64,000 nt of DNA from Podarcis vaucheri (Eukaryota), in NCBI GenBank assembly GCA_965113315.1, contig OZ220368.1; one strand, written 5' to 3'. Below the pieces are notes generated by a model. It worked only from the letters and a program-made list of their open reading frames with translations. It did no database searches and was not told the DNA's origin. The translations under genes were made by a program, and so were the position numbers. This document shows positions 36,645-50,380 of this stretch, piece after piece (positions within the stretch are counted from its first letter, which is position 1; the number at the start of each line of letters is the position of its first letter).

Positions 36645-36722
36645 AAGAGCATAAGAAAAGCTTGCTGGATCAGGCCAAGGACCCATCTAGTCCAGCATCC
36701 TGTTCTTACAGTGACCAACCAG
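36645..36722 (-). mobile_element. CR1-like LINE 3' end fragment
   Basis: CATAAGAAAAGCTTGCTGGATCAGGCCAAGGACCCATCTAGTCCAGCATCCTGTT. Confidence 0.6.
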
Positions 36723-38171
36723 AAGGTGAAGCATCCGTAGGAGCGTTGCTCCATGAGTGGACCAGGGTGCTTTTCCAGGGAAAAGACATCAGGTTGCCTC
36801 TCCCTACTCTAGATCCTAGTGTTAACAACAGTCTATAACATGGAAGAGGCATTTTTAAAAAGAAGAAAAGATCCTCACCAGGTTGCATTTCAAAGTTATG
36901 TTCATTATAGCACCCTAACCTATAACATGAGAGCAGCTATTGTTTTCCACTCTAAAAATTTGTCTAAAAGTGCCCTAGTTTTGGAAATGTGTCCCTCTAG
37001 AACAGCATCCATTTTTCAGTTGCATCATAGAAAGGTCCACATTTGCCTTTGGTCACAACTGGAGGTGGGAGTTGTTTTGTTCTCCTGAGAATGTTAGTCA
37101 GACACAAAGCAATCCCCCCCCCATTATTTTCCAGGGGTTGTCTGGCTGACAGGCAAAAGGGCAGCACCAAATTTCTTTTGACAGCAGATGCCAGAGACTG
37201 TCTGCTGATCAGATTGCAGGTGTAAGGAGCTTTCTGTAGCCCAGCTTGTGGAGAACCAAAGAGTGTCCCTGAACCCTTGTGTCCCCAGCACTCAAAGTTT
37301 GTTCACCGCAATAATAAAAACAGGCCCCTTTTGGCTTGGGAAATCTCAGTTGGCAGGAGTCACAAACACAGAACACTGGGAAATGAGAATGCATTTTGGT
37401 GCCCTTGGTATTCTGGGGTTAGTTGAATCCTGAGCAAGAAAAGGCTTCACCCTCCTGTTGAGCTTACAGAAGCTGCTACATTCACAGGATGAGAGAGAAA
37501 TAATTCACTCTCTAGCATTCTTGCCCCATCTAAAGTCTTTGTTTGCATTGGATTTGAATATTTTAGTAGGGTTTGGGCTGTATTTCCTGCTGATGCTTTC
37601 CCCTGCCATATTTTGCTGTAACTATTTAATTGATATTACTTTGCAAACTTACTTTCCTTATGTATAGATCCTCCCTCCTACCTTTTTAACTGTATTTTTA
37701 TTCCCAGCAATACAAAGGGTAGCAGATTGATCTATTCTTGATCATTAAAGAACCAAAATTATATTTCTGCTCTAGGATAACCAAGTGCCCACACATTTTG
37801 GGTTGGGCTTGGCAGGGCTTCCTTGTGAGTAAATGTGCATCAGATCATGCTTTTAAATTGGACCAATATACATTTTTGGATCAGAATACATTTTTTGCAT
37901 TCATTACTCCTCCCTATTATAATTATAATCGAGCCATGTAAAGTTGATAGAGCTCAGAAGAACCTTGAAATACAGGGGATGTAATCCAGCTGCAAGCTGC
38001 AACTGTGAACCTCATTTTAAAACATGGGCAGCACCTCTCTTTGTCTCTCTCTTTCTCTCTGTCTCTCTCTCAGACATGGCTGAGGCTGGCACCCTTGAGA
38101 TCTTGAAACTCCATGGAGTTGACTCATTTGCCTCTATTGCTGAGTTGGTCCCGGAGCTTGACAACCAATAA

Positions 38172-38365
38172 TAACATAGGAAGTTGCCTTATACTGAGTC
38201 AGACCATTGGTCCATCTAGCTCAGTACTGCCTGCACTGATTGGCAATGGCTCTCCAGGGTTTGAGGCAAGGATTTTCCAAAGCCCTACCTGGAAAGATCT
38301 TGTATTGAACCAGGGACATTCTGAATCCAAGGTAGATGTTCAATGATTGAGCTACAACCCTCCTC
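38172..38365 (-). mobile_element. tRNA-derived squamate SINE (Squam2-like)
   Basis: CATAGGAAGTTGCCTTATACTGAGTCAGACCATTGGTCCATCTAGCTCAG...TGAGCTAC. Confidence 0.75.
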
Positions 38366-39713
38366 AAATTTGCCGCTAGTAAACTGTGATTACTGTATTT
38401 GTGGACCTCTGATGTTAAACAAACTCATCCCTGAACAGCACCAATAATACCTGAATCTAATCTAGGCTCTATTTGAGCATGTATGAATGTAGCATTATAT
38501 AGGCCAGCTTTGGCTTCACCCTGACCCATGTTTTGTTTGTGCAAATAGCAGACAGATTTTTACTGCTTGAAGTCAGACACATCCCACCTTGGAAAGGGAA
38601 TCGTAAGGTTTTTGTTATGCTTTCCAGAAGAACTACTGTGTAGACTAGAATCATGAGATCTAATAATATTAACAATCAAAACTGGAAAGTGTCAAGAAAC
38701 CCAAGTCTGACAATTTAGGAGACATAAAATTGATAGAACCAGAGCAATATTCTGTGCAATGTCAAAACAAAAAAGCCTTTTACTCAGACTCTAAAGCTGA
38801 CAGTTGCCCTTTAGTCTAGCATATTTTGTACTGATGTACAAACTGAATAGAACAAAGCTGTACATTTAGATGGACTGAAACTTCAGGGGTTGCTGGACCA
38901 CAGTGTGAAAACAGTTGCATGGCCTACATAAAAAGGGCCTGTCCAATTTGGTTTAAAAGGATGCCAGTCTAGCACGGCATACATTAAAATTATTAGCTCT
39001 TATGAGCGGTGTTTTGCAGCTCCTACAGAGTAAATGCATGTGTGGTTGCCAAGATCCTATGAATGTTGACATGTGCACTATGAGCAAAAGGCTCTTAGTT
39101 CCATGTTTTCTTTATGATGTGATATTAGCCACTGTATGAGCTAGACCTAAGGTTTACATTAGGGACAGGGAAGGATTTGACATTCCTCACGCACACTTAG
39201 GAATCCAGCAGTGTGCTCTGATGAAAGAAAGTGGTTTATTAGAGTTGTCTGCCTTGCTGTCCTGCAACCCTGATTTAAAGGATTGTAGTTTCATTTGCTA
39301 AGGATAAATCTGGATCAATTTGTTTTTTGTTATGCAGTACAACTAGTCCATAAGTGATTGATTCTGGCTCTTCTGCTAGAGAGAGGCAGTTTTGCTAATG
39401 TGTAAGAAGTTACAACTAAAATCACAGAAAGATCTGACTCTTGAAAGAATAAGTTTTAGAATTTTTGGTTCTGTGCCTAAGAAGCATCAGCCACTGGTTT
39501 CTGTGGAATAGGACTGGGTAGCACATTATTTGGGCTGTTGCTTTATAAACTCCACCAAGTTTATAAAGCAAGCTCTTGACAAATTTCTTTGTCAAGAAGA
39601 AAAAGACTGGATGTCCACTGGTAGAAAATAAAGAATTTGCTAGTCTTTCCCCATATGCAGAAATGGGAGATAAATGCTTCAAAATCAAGGGTAGAGATTG
39701 ACATGAGGATATT

Positions 39714-39942
39714 GGCTTGTATTCAATGTCACGCTAAGTAACCATCCAGCCAGCACAAGGATTTACACGGACAACAGGATTTTCTCTCACCTCTCCATGC
39801 ATGGCCCCTAAATCTTTCCTGCAGGTTCCCCCACTCTCTGGAGCATATTTGGAGAGGGTACAGAGGGGCAGAAAGTCCTGTTGCGCAAGCATGAATCCTT
39901 ACGCCGGAGGGATGGTTACTTAGTGCTATATTGATACAAGCC
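39714..39942. mobile_element. Foldback MITE with long imperfect TIRs
   Basis: GGCTTGTATTCAATGTCACGCTAAGTAACCATCC ... GGATGGTTACTTAGTGCTATATTGATACAAGCC. Confidence 0.75.
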
Positions 39943-42900
39943 TAAGATGATTAGCTTTTCAGCAGAGCCATATTTCAGTCCTCACATTTGTGGTTCATTC
40001 AATTTGGCACTTATATCACTTACTGAATGACTACATGTCTGCATATTTATTTATTTGTTTGTTTGTTTGTTTGTTTGTTTTGCAGTCGTTAGACTTGGAG
40101 CAAATTAATGGGTTATTTCTCTTTCAATTTCCTCACATTGCCAAAGCAAGGGAAAACTCTCCTGGAAATAGGTTTGGCTCCCCATCAGTGTTTATAAAAT
40201 ATTCATCCAGCCTTCCCAAGTCTACAAGTGCTGTACACACACTCTGGGAAGGCAGTTCTTGTTAACAGCCCATTAGAATCTTCTTTGAATAATTAAATAA
40301 TAGTACGTGTGTGTCTAGTTGTTTCCTTTGTGCATGGCAGTACTAGGGCTCTAGAAGTGTACTTTTAAAGATGCAGCACTAGACACATTTGCCAGAGAGC
40401 ATGTGTCATTGAACTCCCTTCTGAGTAAACATACATAGAGATTACACTATTAGTGATGGAGAAATTTCAACTGAGTTCCATGCCTTTCTAGCAGTTACTT
40501 CAGTTTAGTAGGATAAAAGTAAATGAATGGATGCCCGTTCAACATTGAAAACTGGAAATGTTCAGCATCTAGTAGGGAAACATTTCTACCTTGAGCCTTT
40601 AAGGTGCTACATTTAATTTTAAGGGGACTGGACAAAAAAAAAAACAAAACAAAACCTGCTGAATTAGAAGTTATTAACACATTGAGTACCATGTGTATTG
40701 GTTTAAATAAGGAATATATGTGGTTATCTCACTACCAAAGGAAATTGTGCTGTGTGTACCTATTGCTTGCTGTTCTGGCAAATAGAGGTCATCCTCCAAT
40801 TATCTAGAACAACCTTGCTCTCAGACTTTGCTCCTTGCATTTCTGCAGCTTTTAAGCCTCAGCGTGTTGTCTTGATTTTCCCTTCCTCTTAGCCATCACA
40901 GATAGAATGACTGTATATAAAGGTCAGAACTCCTGTATGAAATAACTTGTATTGAAGAGGCTCCTCAGGTACAGCTTTTCTTACCCCTCCCTAACGACCT
41001 GCACCTGTTAAAATTCCTTCTTCAGTCCAGCTATTCTAGGTACATGAGCATTGTCCTTCTTTGCATCAAATTGAAGTTTGGGTAATCAGTATGAATGCAA
41101 TAGATCTCTGTGAAATATAGACTTGTATCTCTTTCTGCATACAGATTCCCCACCTTCCCCGTTCAGCCTGTATATTTGTCGAAGCAGGCTCAGTAATAAT
41201 ACGCTGAATTTAATTAGGCAGAGCCTCAAATTCTGTGTTCTCGTCTCTGCTAATGAAAGCAGCCAGCATTTGTATCTGGGTATAGAGGTTGAGACTATGA
41301 ACATAAGTGGAGCCCTTTACTCTGGGGAAAATCATTACTTAGTGAGGGTCTCTTGGTTTCATTTACTTTTAGCTAATCAGTTAGAAAGCTGCACATCTGT
41401 GTCTTTCAGCCTGCTTTCACTGACTCTTACACCATAGAAATTAAACAGTCTCAAGGAACATACCAAGGCAATAAACCCAGACATGCTGTTCTATAAATTG
41501 TGTAAGAAAAGCCTGCCTCTAGTGCACTTGGTTTAGCTGCATCACTGGCATCAAGGGAAGCGCACGGTTCCAGCAAATGCTTGTCACTCCTTGCCAAAGT
41601 TAATCCTTGCTGAAGGGTAAATTGTGCACAATAGTGGTTAGAGCACTGGATAGCAAACTTGCTCCATGACACCCTTCCTAAACCTGATGCTCTACTGACA
41701 GGACCTGATGGGAATTGTAGTAAACATATATATAAATCACCAGGTTCAGCAAGGCTAATTTATGGACCCTTAATAGGATAGATGGACAGAAACTCAACGT
41801 TATTCCAGCATTCCAGGGACACAGTTTTATCATACAGCTACAAATGCAGGTTTAAGCAAATGACAGATGGAAGTATTAAACATCAGGTTTTGATAGTCAA
41901 AGGCAAGCGAGCCAGTGGTTTCAGCTGACAGCACCTTCAAAACCAAACCCACATTTGATGTCCTTAAAAAACAGCTGAAATACCTGGCCATGACTATCTG
42001 TTGGGACCTTAAAGTGGCTGAATGGACATTGTCTTTTATGCAGCGTTCTGCTGCCAAAATAGTCACCTTAGTGGGATCTATCTTAAAATCAGATTTTTCC
42101 TTTTAGTATGTTTTCAAAGTTCCCCTCTCCCCTGCGGGTTGATAATGGTTACGTTACCCAAGTACGTTAGAAGAGGGACAGGACTTCAAAGTCCTGAAGT
42201 CCTCATAGTGACACAAGGAGGGTTATGGCTCAGGTGCTGCTTCCAATACCACACACTGTGTGCTTGCACAACTCCCTTAGATGGCTGCCCAAGTGTCCGT
42301 TGCCCTTCACAGTATGTCTTTGTCACTCCTCATATGCAGCAAGGCTCTGCTTCTGATCAAAGGCTCCCTTTATCTTTAAGCCCGCAGTGCACCCTCATTA
42401 AAGGGTTGGATTTCAAATGAGAAGCCAGTCCCCTCCTTCGCCCTTCAGTACCCAGCAGCTGAGCTTCTTTCTGTCATGTGTTTAATATTCAGAAGCAAAT
42501 GAAGGAATACCTTTATTAGGATTAGGACCAAACCCACACAACCACTCTCCAGTGCTACCCTTTGCTTCCCTCTTTCTCCATCTGGCCAGTTTAGGTCTTT
42601 CTCTTCCTACTGCCACAGCAGGGAACCTGCCAGCATCTGTGAATCTAATTTCATATCCATCCAAACATGAAGCCCAAAGATTGGACATTTTTTTGCAGCT
42701 TTATCTTTATGACAACAGGGCTTGATTCCCCACCCTCTTTTAAAGTAAACATTCAGCAATGGTTGCCGTAGTTGTGCTATACAATGCAGTTGTGCTACCC
42801 CAAGATAATCATTTTGGTGGACCTGCTTTTTGTACTAAGTACTTTGTGTGACTGCTGTTGGACCCAGTTAAAGAAGAGTAGCTCCGGTGAACACCAGCTA

Positions 42901-45900
42901 CCTTAGGCCACAGAAAGTTCTAGGAATTGCAGGAAATAACTTTTTTGCATCTGAGGAAACATGTCAGGTGAAAAGCGGAGTACAGTTTTAAATGGTGAGT
43001 GAAATCAGAAGCTTCAGGAAGAGAGCTCAGTAACAAATCTGATTCCTAATAAAGATTAAGGGCTGGTTTTTTTCTCCACAAAAAAGTAAAGGTTGCATCT
43101 GAAGTGAGAATTGTTCCATGGCTGTAGTCACACCCTCATGTTCCTTCAGCCAGAAAATGTTGGCATTCTGGGCATGGGTAGCCCTTTCCTGGATTTCTTT
43201 TTCAGGGCAGGTTATTTAATGCCTAGTATTCCAGAATTGCATTTTTGTGGTTGTCTAGGAGACTAGAAGAGGAATTACGTGTCTGCCTGAGCTACTGCAA
43301 ACCTAGTTGCTGCAATGAAATTTTGCATGCAGCTAATGATTGCTGTCAGGACAGTACTTTGACTTGGACTCTACATTGGCCAAAGCTCTCCTCTAAACTG
43401 CTTGCACCCATCAGATGGAAGTGTTGGGAAACAGATTCCTCCCAAACCACCACCACCAACCCTCCACACAGAAAATAGGACAATGCTTGTTCACATGTCA
43501 CACAAAGATCCATTTTGGATCTTTCCCGAGTCAGAATATTTATTTATTTATTTATTTATTTATTTATTTGGCCTCACAAGAAAAGGCAGCTTCTTTAGTA
43601 CATTATTCCAGAATACTAGCTAAATAATGCCAATCTTGTGTAGCCAAAAAGTGCCCCAAACCTAACAACTCTACCACTATAACGGTAAGTGCAGAAAGGC
43701 CCTAAGAGAACTCAGACTCTTCCACTTTCCCTCTGTCATATTCTATAAAGTATACATGCTAGTTTTCCTAAGCTTGAGTTCCTTGGTTATATAATGCACT
43801 TTCTCTGGGTTTTTCTTCAGTGTTGTTTGACAAATCTTACACACTTTAAAGTGACTTTATTGCATTTGCTGTGCTTTTGCATGAAGGTATGAAATGCTAT
43901 CGCTGTGGCATCTGCTGTGATGTTGAATTGAACACTTGGTTTATCATGAAGATCCTGCAATATAGATAGTATTGTTGGCTGCTTGGTGTCTTCATTTCTT
44001 TTACACCTATTATGTTGTTGGACAAAAGCAGCAGGAAGATTACCTGTATAGTGTGATGATTTCCATTGGTCTCTGATTTTATGTACTGGTTCTCTTTTGG
44101 TGCCATGCATCTTTTGTTCAAGCTCCTTCAAAGACAAAAAACCATGTGTGTGTCCACCTCGGTGAACCTGCAAGTGCTTCTTCTGCAGCAGGGGAGCCAT
44201 TTGTAGTCCAGACAGCTTTTGTGATTATCTCAAGTGTATTTAATTAATCTTTCACTCCAAACCTCATTTGTTATAGAAATTCATGAGAACGTGTGTTTTC
44301 GTTTTAATGCTGGAGTAATTCTCCAACCCTCACTCTGTTGGAGAATATCAAGCGTCTGACCCTCATGGACCCAGAGGAGGTCGAAAGCCAGATGATAAAA
44401 GGGGCACTTAAGCCAACTCATTATATATAGTGAACTTTGAGAGATGGCAAGACTGTTAACAACAATGAAATCCTCAAGATTTAAAGCCTTGTTTGGCTTC
44501 TTGTGACTGGGAAGTCAGGCTTGGGGTGAAGGAAAAGGACACTTTCAGTCACGTGCGGAGAGTTTGGAAGTGTAACAAATGAAAGCTACGTTACATCGTT
44601 TAGAATTAAAAGCCCACCAATTTGGCATTCATTTTTTAAAAACAGGAAATTGAGAATATGGAATTTTCCCGATTGCAGCAAGTCATCAGAAACAAAATGG
44701 CTTAGGGGAAAACCTTAAGTTCACAGCCTATCAGTTTTATGCAAGATCTAGGTTTAAAAGACATACTGAGTGGAATTCGATGTGCAGTCAGGCTCCCTCT
44801 TCCCCCTGCCTGGTCTTCTCCCCCGAGGCACTATTCTGGGGTTTCTTCTGAGGTAAAAAACCCCAACCAATTTTTTGGGGGGTACTTTGGAAGGGAGGAG
44901 GAAGCCCCATTGTGCAAGTGCAAGTCATTACACAGGGCTTCTGCTGATGGGGTTGGTTAAGTGAATCCTGCCCACTGATTTCAATCGAGCACTGTTAGCG
45001 GTTTGTTCCTTGGAAGCTATAGTTTGCCTCCCAGATACAAACTGGAATGAGGATGGGGGGGAGCAAATTCTGTTTAGTCCAAATTAGTGAAGGGAGGAGA
45101 GAAATGGTATGTTGCACATTATTGAAGCATTCAGGACTCCCCATGTGAGATTTCTGTTACTTGTTGGCCTAGCTGATTAATTGTGCAGATTTTTAGTTGG
45201 TCATTAAAGCTTTAGCTGGTTTCACATCCCTGGGTTAGTTGATTGAAGCTTGCAGCTGTGATCTTTCCACATTATGAGAGTGACAAAACCTAGTATTCTG
45301 TAGGATTAGATCACTAAGTGGGCTATATTTAAAGTTCCAGCGTTAAATATTCTGATATTAATTTTTACAAAAACAGACAAACAAAAGCCATCAAAGTGTG
45401 CAGTAGTTTTTATAGGTAGAGCGGTACCCAGTAGCTGAGCTACTTTCTACCATGTGTTTAAATTTCAGAAGCAATCTGTATTACAGCAAACCAGCCAAGG
45501 GTTTTCAGAGACATTTTGCAGAGAGAGCAATATAACAAAGCCAAAACGGCTAGTAAGACTTTCTGCAGTTAGGAAGGTCCATTTTCATAATGTAGCCTGA
45601 CCTCTGGTCTTAACCCAGACCATCTTATTTCATCTAGGATTCACTAACAAAGAGTCCATTTACAATGTTATTAACCAAAAGCACTATTTCTCTTCCCATT
45701 CATATCCTTTTTGGGATTCAGGTCCTGACCCCCCCCCCCCCGGGAGAATTCAGGCAAGACTAAAAATGCCTTAAATTCCATTTTCAGCTTGCTCTGCCAA
45801 AAATCTTAAACAGACAGAGCAAGTATACAGCACTGATGCTGAAGTAAGCAGACCAGCTTAAAACTGTTCCTTATCTACAGACTAACATTACAATTATTTC

Positions 45901-46463
45901 TAGTGGTATATATATTTTACAGCATGTGTGTGATTCTACAAAAACTAGGGTTGTTGGGTTTTTTAACTAACACAATGTGGGGATTGGAGTGTGGGAATGG
46001 GCTTCAATTTGCAGTCCAACCTCATCTAAAATAAATAATTTGCAAGGTGTGAGAATCTGTGTGATAAGTATTTCATGTTGCTTCAGAGCTTAAAAGTAGG
46101 GAAAATGTATGATCTGCACAAAATTCTATTGTCAGAAAGCTGTCAACTGAGAAATGCCTTCGCTACAGTTCAGGGTGTGCAGTGTTAATTTAATTTTTCC
46201 TCTGCCTGGTCCACAACAAATTGGATCATTCTATTTTGCTAAGAGTTTTAAAATCTAATTGTCTGTTTAAAGGTGACTTGCCTGCTTAAGGCCAAATTCT
46301 GTCATTTTTAAGAGAATAGGATTTACCTTGCCGATGGCCCATTTAGCACAATATGCTTCCTGCCAAAAAATTATCAAAACCTAGTGCTTTTGAAGAATAT
46401 AGAAAACCTTTTGATTTGGCAGAAATGGGACAATCTTCTTCCCTTCCCTACTTTAGTATTTTA

Positions 46464-46808
46464 GGTAAAGGGACCCCTGACCATTAGGTCCAGTCGTGAC
46501 CGACTCTGGGGTTGCGGCGCTCATCTCACTTTATTGGCTGAGGGAGCCGGTATTCAGCTTCTGAGTCATGTGACCAGCATGACTAAGCCGCTTCTGGTGA
46601 ACCAGAGCAGTGCACGGAAATGCCGTTTACCTTCCCACTGGAGTGGTACCTATTTATCTACTTGCACTTTGTGCTTTCAAACTGCTAGGTTGTCAGGAGC
46701 AAGGACCGAGCAACGGGAGCTCACCCCGTCGCGGGGATTCAAACTGCTGACCTTCTGATCAGCAAGCCCTAGGCACTGTGATTTAACCCACAGTGCCACC
46801 TGTGTCCC
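46464..46808 (-). mobile_element. Sauria SINE, full length with TSD
   Basis: Homologous to 26546-26881; TSD TTTAGTATTTTA at 46452-46463 and 46809-46820. Confidence 0.93.
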
Positions 46809-46857
46809 TTTAGTATTTTAACCCTGAGCTAAGTCCCACCTGTATAAGAGTTCTTAC

Positions 46858-47125
46858 TCTTATTACTATTATTTATAAAATTTCTATACCGCCCTTCATC
46901 CAAAGATCACAGGGTGGGTTACAATATAAAAACACAAAAATACATACCATAATAACAAACAAAAAGAATAACTACCCCATACACACTTTAAAAGGCCATA
47001 GATTGTTTAATTAGCCAAAGACTTGGGAGAATAGGAGCGTTTTTGCCTGGCCACTAAAGATAGGTAACGAAGGTTCCAGGTGAACTCCCTGGGGAGAGCA
47101 TTCCAGAAGCTGGAAGCCACCATAG
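46858..47125 (-). mobile_element. L2-like LINE 3' fragment
   Basis: TTTCTATACCGCCCTTCATCCAAAGATCACAGGG...CCTGGGGAGAGCATTCCAG. Confidence 0.65.
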
Positions 47126-48141
47126 GAAATATCAGAAGTATTCAAGAGGATACATAAAGGCTATTTGTATTTATTTCTTCTATATGTTCGAAAACAAACA
47201 CATGTTCATGAGCTAAAGCTGTGATCTGTTTACATGGGAATAAGGCCCAGATATATACAGGATCACATTATAAATGCATTCACATGTGAAACTGTATTGT
47301 GTATTTTCTTTAGATGCATTATTTGGCAACCTACTGAGTCTTAAAATAGCTATGTTTTAAACATAGTAGCTTTAGAATGGTGAAAACCACTTAGAAGTTA
47401 AGTTCATTGTTTGTGGTTTCCACATGTCTTACTCTTAACATTAAAAGGCTGAATTACAGTTTCTTGTTCTGCATTGTTTCTTGAAGTTTCCTATTTCAGT
47501 GTCGAGGGAGGAAAACTTTACTTGCTGTATCATACAAGTTGCTTCATTTTGAGGAGTCAGGCCCATTCTCACGTTATCTCACGGAGATATGTATGCATTT
47601 TCTTGCTTTTCAGTCCAGTTAAGCCTATATTTGCTGTCCGCAGGGGCTGGAGTGCCCTAATGCTCTCACAACCAAGAGAAGCATTCTGTTCAGTCAGTGA
47701 ATGGAACCTAAAAACAAATAGCATGTTTGTGGGCAAGTATTTGTTTTAAGCCAATGCCTCCCACTTTCTGCTGCTTTGCCCATATGTTTACAGTGCACTT
47801 GCCTACAGAAGGTTTTGCATGCGCCTTTATTTGATGGATTCCAGGACTCTCCCACACCTGCCCACTCTGCAGCTGAATTGTATTAACTGTTGTTAGTCAA
47901 AAGTGTGCCAAGGAAAGAAAGCGAAACTCAGGCTTTGTTGTCCTCTTTGCAGATGGCTTCGTTCTTTTTGCCCCTGAATTGTATGTTTTGTGTGTGTTTG
48001 TTTGTTTGTTTTTCTGTGTGTGTGTCTTGATCCACTTTGCCATATCTTGCATGCGCGCCTAGCTTCAGGGAATGACAAAGCCAAAGAACTGGAAAATATA
48101 AATACTTTTCAAAATGTAGTTTTTACACTTCCTTCTCCCAG

Positions 48142-48372
48142 TTGTAATCTCTCCAACAACCATCAGCCCTACTACCATTGTGGCCACCACCACCACCACC
48201 ACCACAGAAGCTACTACTATCACAACCACCACAGAAGCTACCACCACAACCACGACCACAGAAGCTCCAACCACTACCGAAGCTCCAACCACCACAGAAG
48301 CTCCAACCACCACAGAAGCAGCCATCACCACAATTATTGCTAGCACAATAGGTATCCCAGTAGAGGATTCTG
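48142..48372 (+). CDS. NFASC: Neurofascin PAT (Pro/Ala/Thr mucin-like) exon, NF186-type
   Basis: ctcccag| VVISPTTISPTTIVATTTTTTTEA...(TEAPTT)n...TIGIPVEDS |gtactg; 231 nt, symmetric phase 1. An alternative in-frame donor is possible after 48351. Confidence 0.88.
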
Positions 48373-50276
48373 GTACTGTGTTTTCATCTTTCCTTTTCTA
48401 TTAGTCGTCCAATCCATACCTGGATCTTGTCAGGGGGTTTTTTAAGCCTGTAATTCAGGCTTAACATCAAGGTTTGTTGCTTTGAAAACCATCCAGCACG
48501 TAGAGTTTCTCAGTGCTGTGATAAAAGATTAGCAGCAAATGAAAAGTAATCCTTGGGTTGTGCATTCAAGGTCTCAGTATGTTGCCGTGATAAAGTTACT
48601 TTAGATTAATTTGTTCTTCAGAGAGACAGGTCAGCTTTGTTTATGCACATGTATAACACAAGAGTTTTCCTTGCTATCTGTAGGCTAGGATAAGCAGGTA
48701 CAGCAAATACACTATAACAAAATATAGTGGACTAAATTGGCTGTCATCCCTACAATGTAGTAAAAGCAGTGGTTGCATTAATTAATGCATCTGTTTCATT
48801 ATGGGACTTGGCAAATACCATATGATTCTTTTCAGTGTTAAAAAGAAAATATTTACATAAGAGAACTGCTTCTTAGGGCTGCTGCAGAGAGATCTTGCTA
48901 GGTCCCTACCAACAAATGATGTGCACATCCAAACGTTCACTATGCAAATATTTGGTTGCCCTGTATGAAAAATGCAACATGTGTCAAACTTACTGGAACA
49001 GATATTTAACCAAGTCCACATCAACTGCATATAAATACCTCAATCTGAAATAGGAACACATCCAGAAAAAGGTATTTGACTGACCACTGGGGCACAATGC
49101 CTCATTTTGCTTAGCCACTTTAAAAACAGACATGTAGTATCTCATGGTTTGCAGTAAATTTATACTCCTGAGGAGAAGTTAAAGCAAACTCAAGTAGTTC
49201 TGATTAAGCCCAGCTTCAAATTTCTTGCATGCATGGAGTCTCATTGGAGTCAATGGGAATGCTCATGTACATTCTAAGCATAGGCATATGAACTTGGTGC
49301 CTGGCTTGCAATTTAGTGATGCAAGGATTTCTCAGCTGTGGCTCAAAACTAAATGTTGCATGAATGAGCATGCAGTGATAATTGATGGATCAAGATATGA
49401 AATTATAGACATTTTAAAAACTGGACTGTTATTGTTAGAAATAGCTTTTTGGAAAGACGTAAAAGTATAGCTGAGGAGGAAACTCATTTTCTAAGTCATA
49501 AAGTGGCTGTATTTATTGTTGAAGAATGTGTTCTCATGTCAAAGATATATTGAATTGTTTTCACTTTATCATGTTATAATAACTAACAGAACAATTATCT
49601 GTGTGTCTATTTCAGAAGTAAGTCCCACTGAGTTCAATGGGACTTACTCCAACTGAATTCAGTGGGACTTACTCCCAGGTAAGTATGTATAGACTTGAAG
49701 CTTAATGCAATAGTCAGAGTTTCTAAACTAATGGACTGAAGCCAGTTAAACTGATGTTGTCACAAACTAACTTGACCTAAAACCAGCTAATTCTGTTACC
49801 CACTATCCAGAATAGTGACAAGAACATTTTGCTTTCCAGTATTTTCTCAATTTTAAAACGGTGAGAATTGGCAATGAATTTCACCTTGGTTTGGTGCAAT
49901 GTTGAAGCAGATCATCATTAATAAATATCTGCCTGTCTAGTTATGTAGACCATCAGGAGCTGCTATGTGGGATTTCTATAATCCTGCAAAGTAGGTATTG
50001 GCATAAGGGCTGGGAATGTAACCTTCTGCACTGCCCTGTAAGAATTAGGCAGCTGAGTTGACCTTGCCCTGTAGAGTGTTGCTTTTGACAGGCAAGTGGC
50101 TCGTTAATTTGTGGCACTAAAATTCCTAAGGTGATTTGTACTCTTATAGATGTATGGACACATGACGACTATCTTGGGCCATTATCCTGCTTCCAAGATA
50201 ATTTGGCAGAAAGATTGATGTCTCTATCCTTGGCCATTTTGAAAATGTTGTACCTCTCAATTTGCTGGTGCAACGA

Positions 50277-50380
50277 CAACCTTCACCAACCTGGTGCCCT
50301 TTAGATGTTTTGGACTACAACTCCCATCACCTTTGGTAATAGTTCAAAACATCTAAGGGGCACCAGGTTGTTCAAGGCTG
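50277..50380. mobile_element. Palindromic hAT-type MITE, short copy
   Basis: CAACCTGGTGCCCTTTAGATGTTTTG ... CAAAACATCTAAGGGGCACCAGGTTG. Confidence 0.75.

Noticed and set aside
43644-43684. 41-nt segment ending in a strong ACG|GTAAGT donor
   Set aside because: Weak acceptor, frameshifting length and no homology; expected by chance in a long intron.
47990-48346. His-rich (+) and Val-rich (-) ORFs
   Set aside because: Alternative frames of the Thr-rich PAT exon repeat.
48373-48404. Hydrophobic read-through tail after PAT as a GPI signal
   Set aside because: Only about 10 residues and derived from a pyrimidine-rich intron start; too short.
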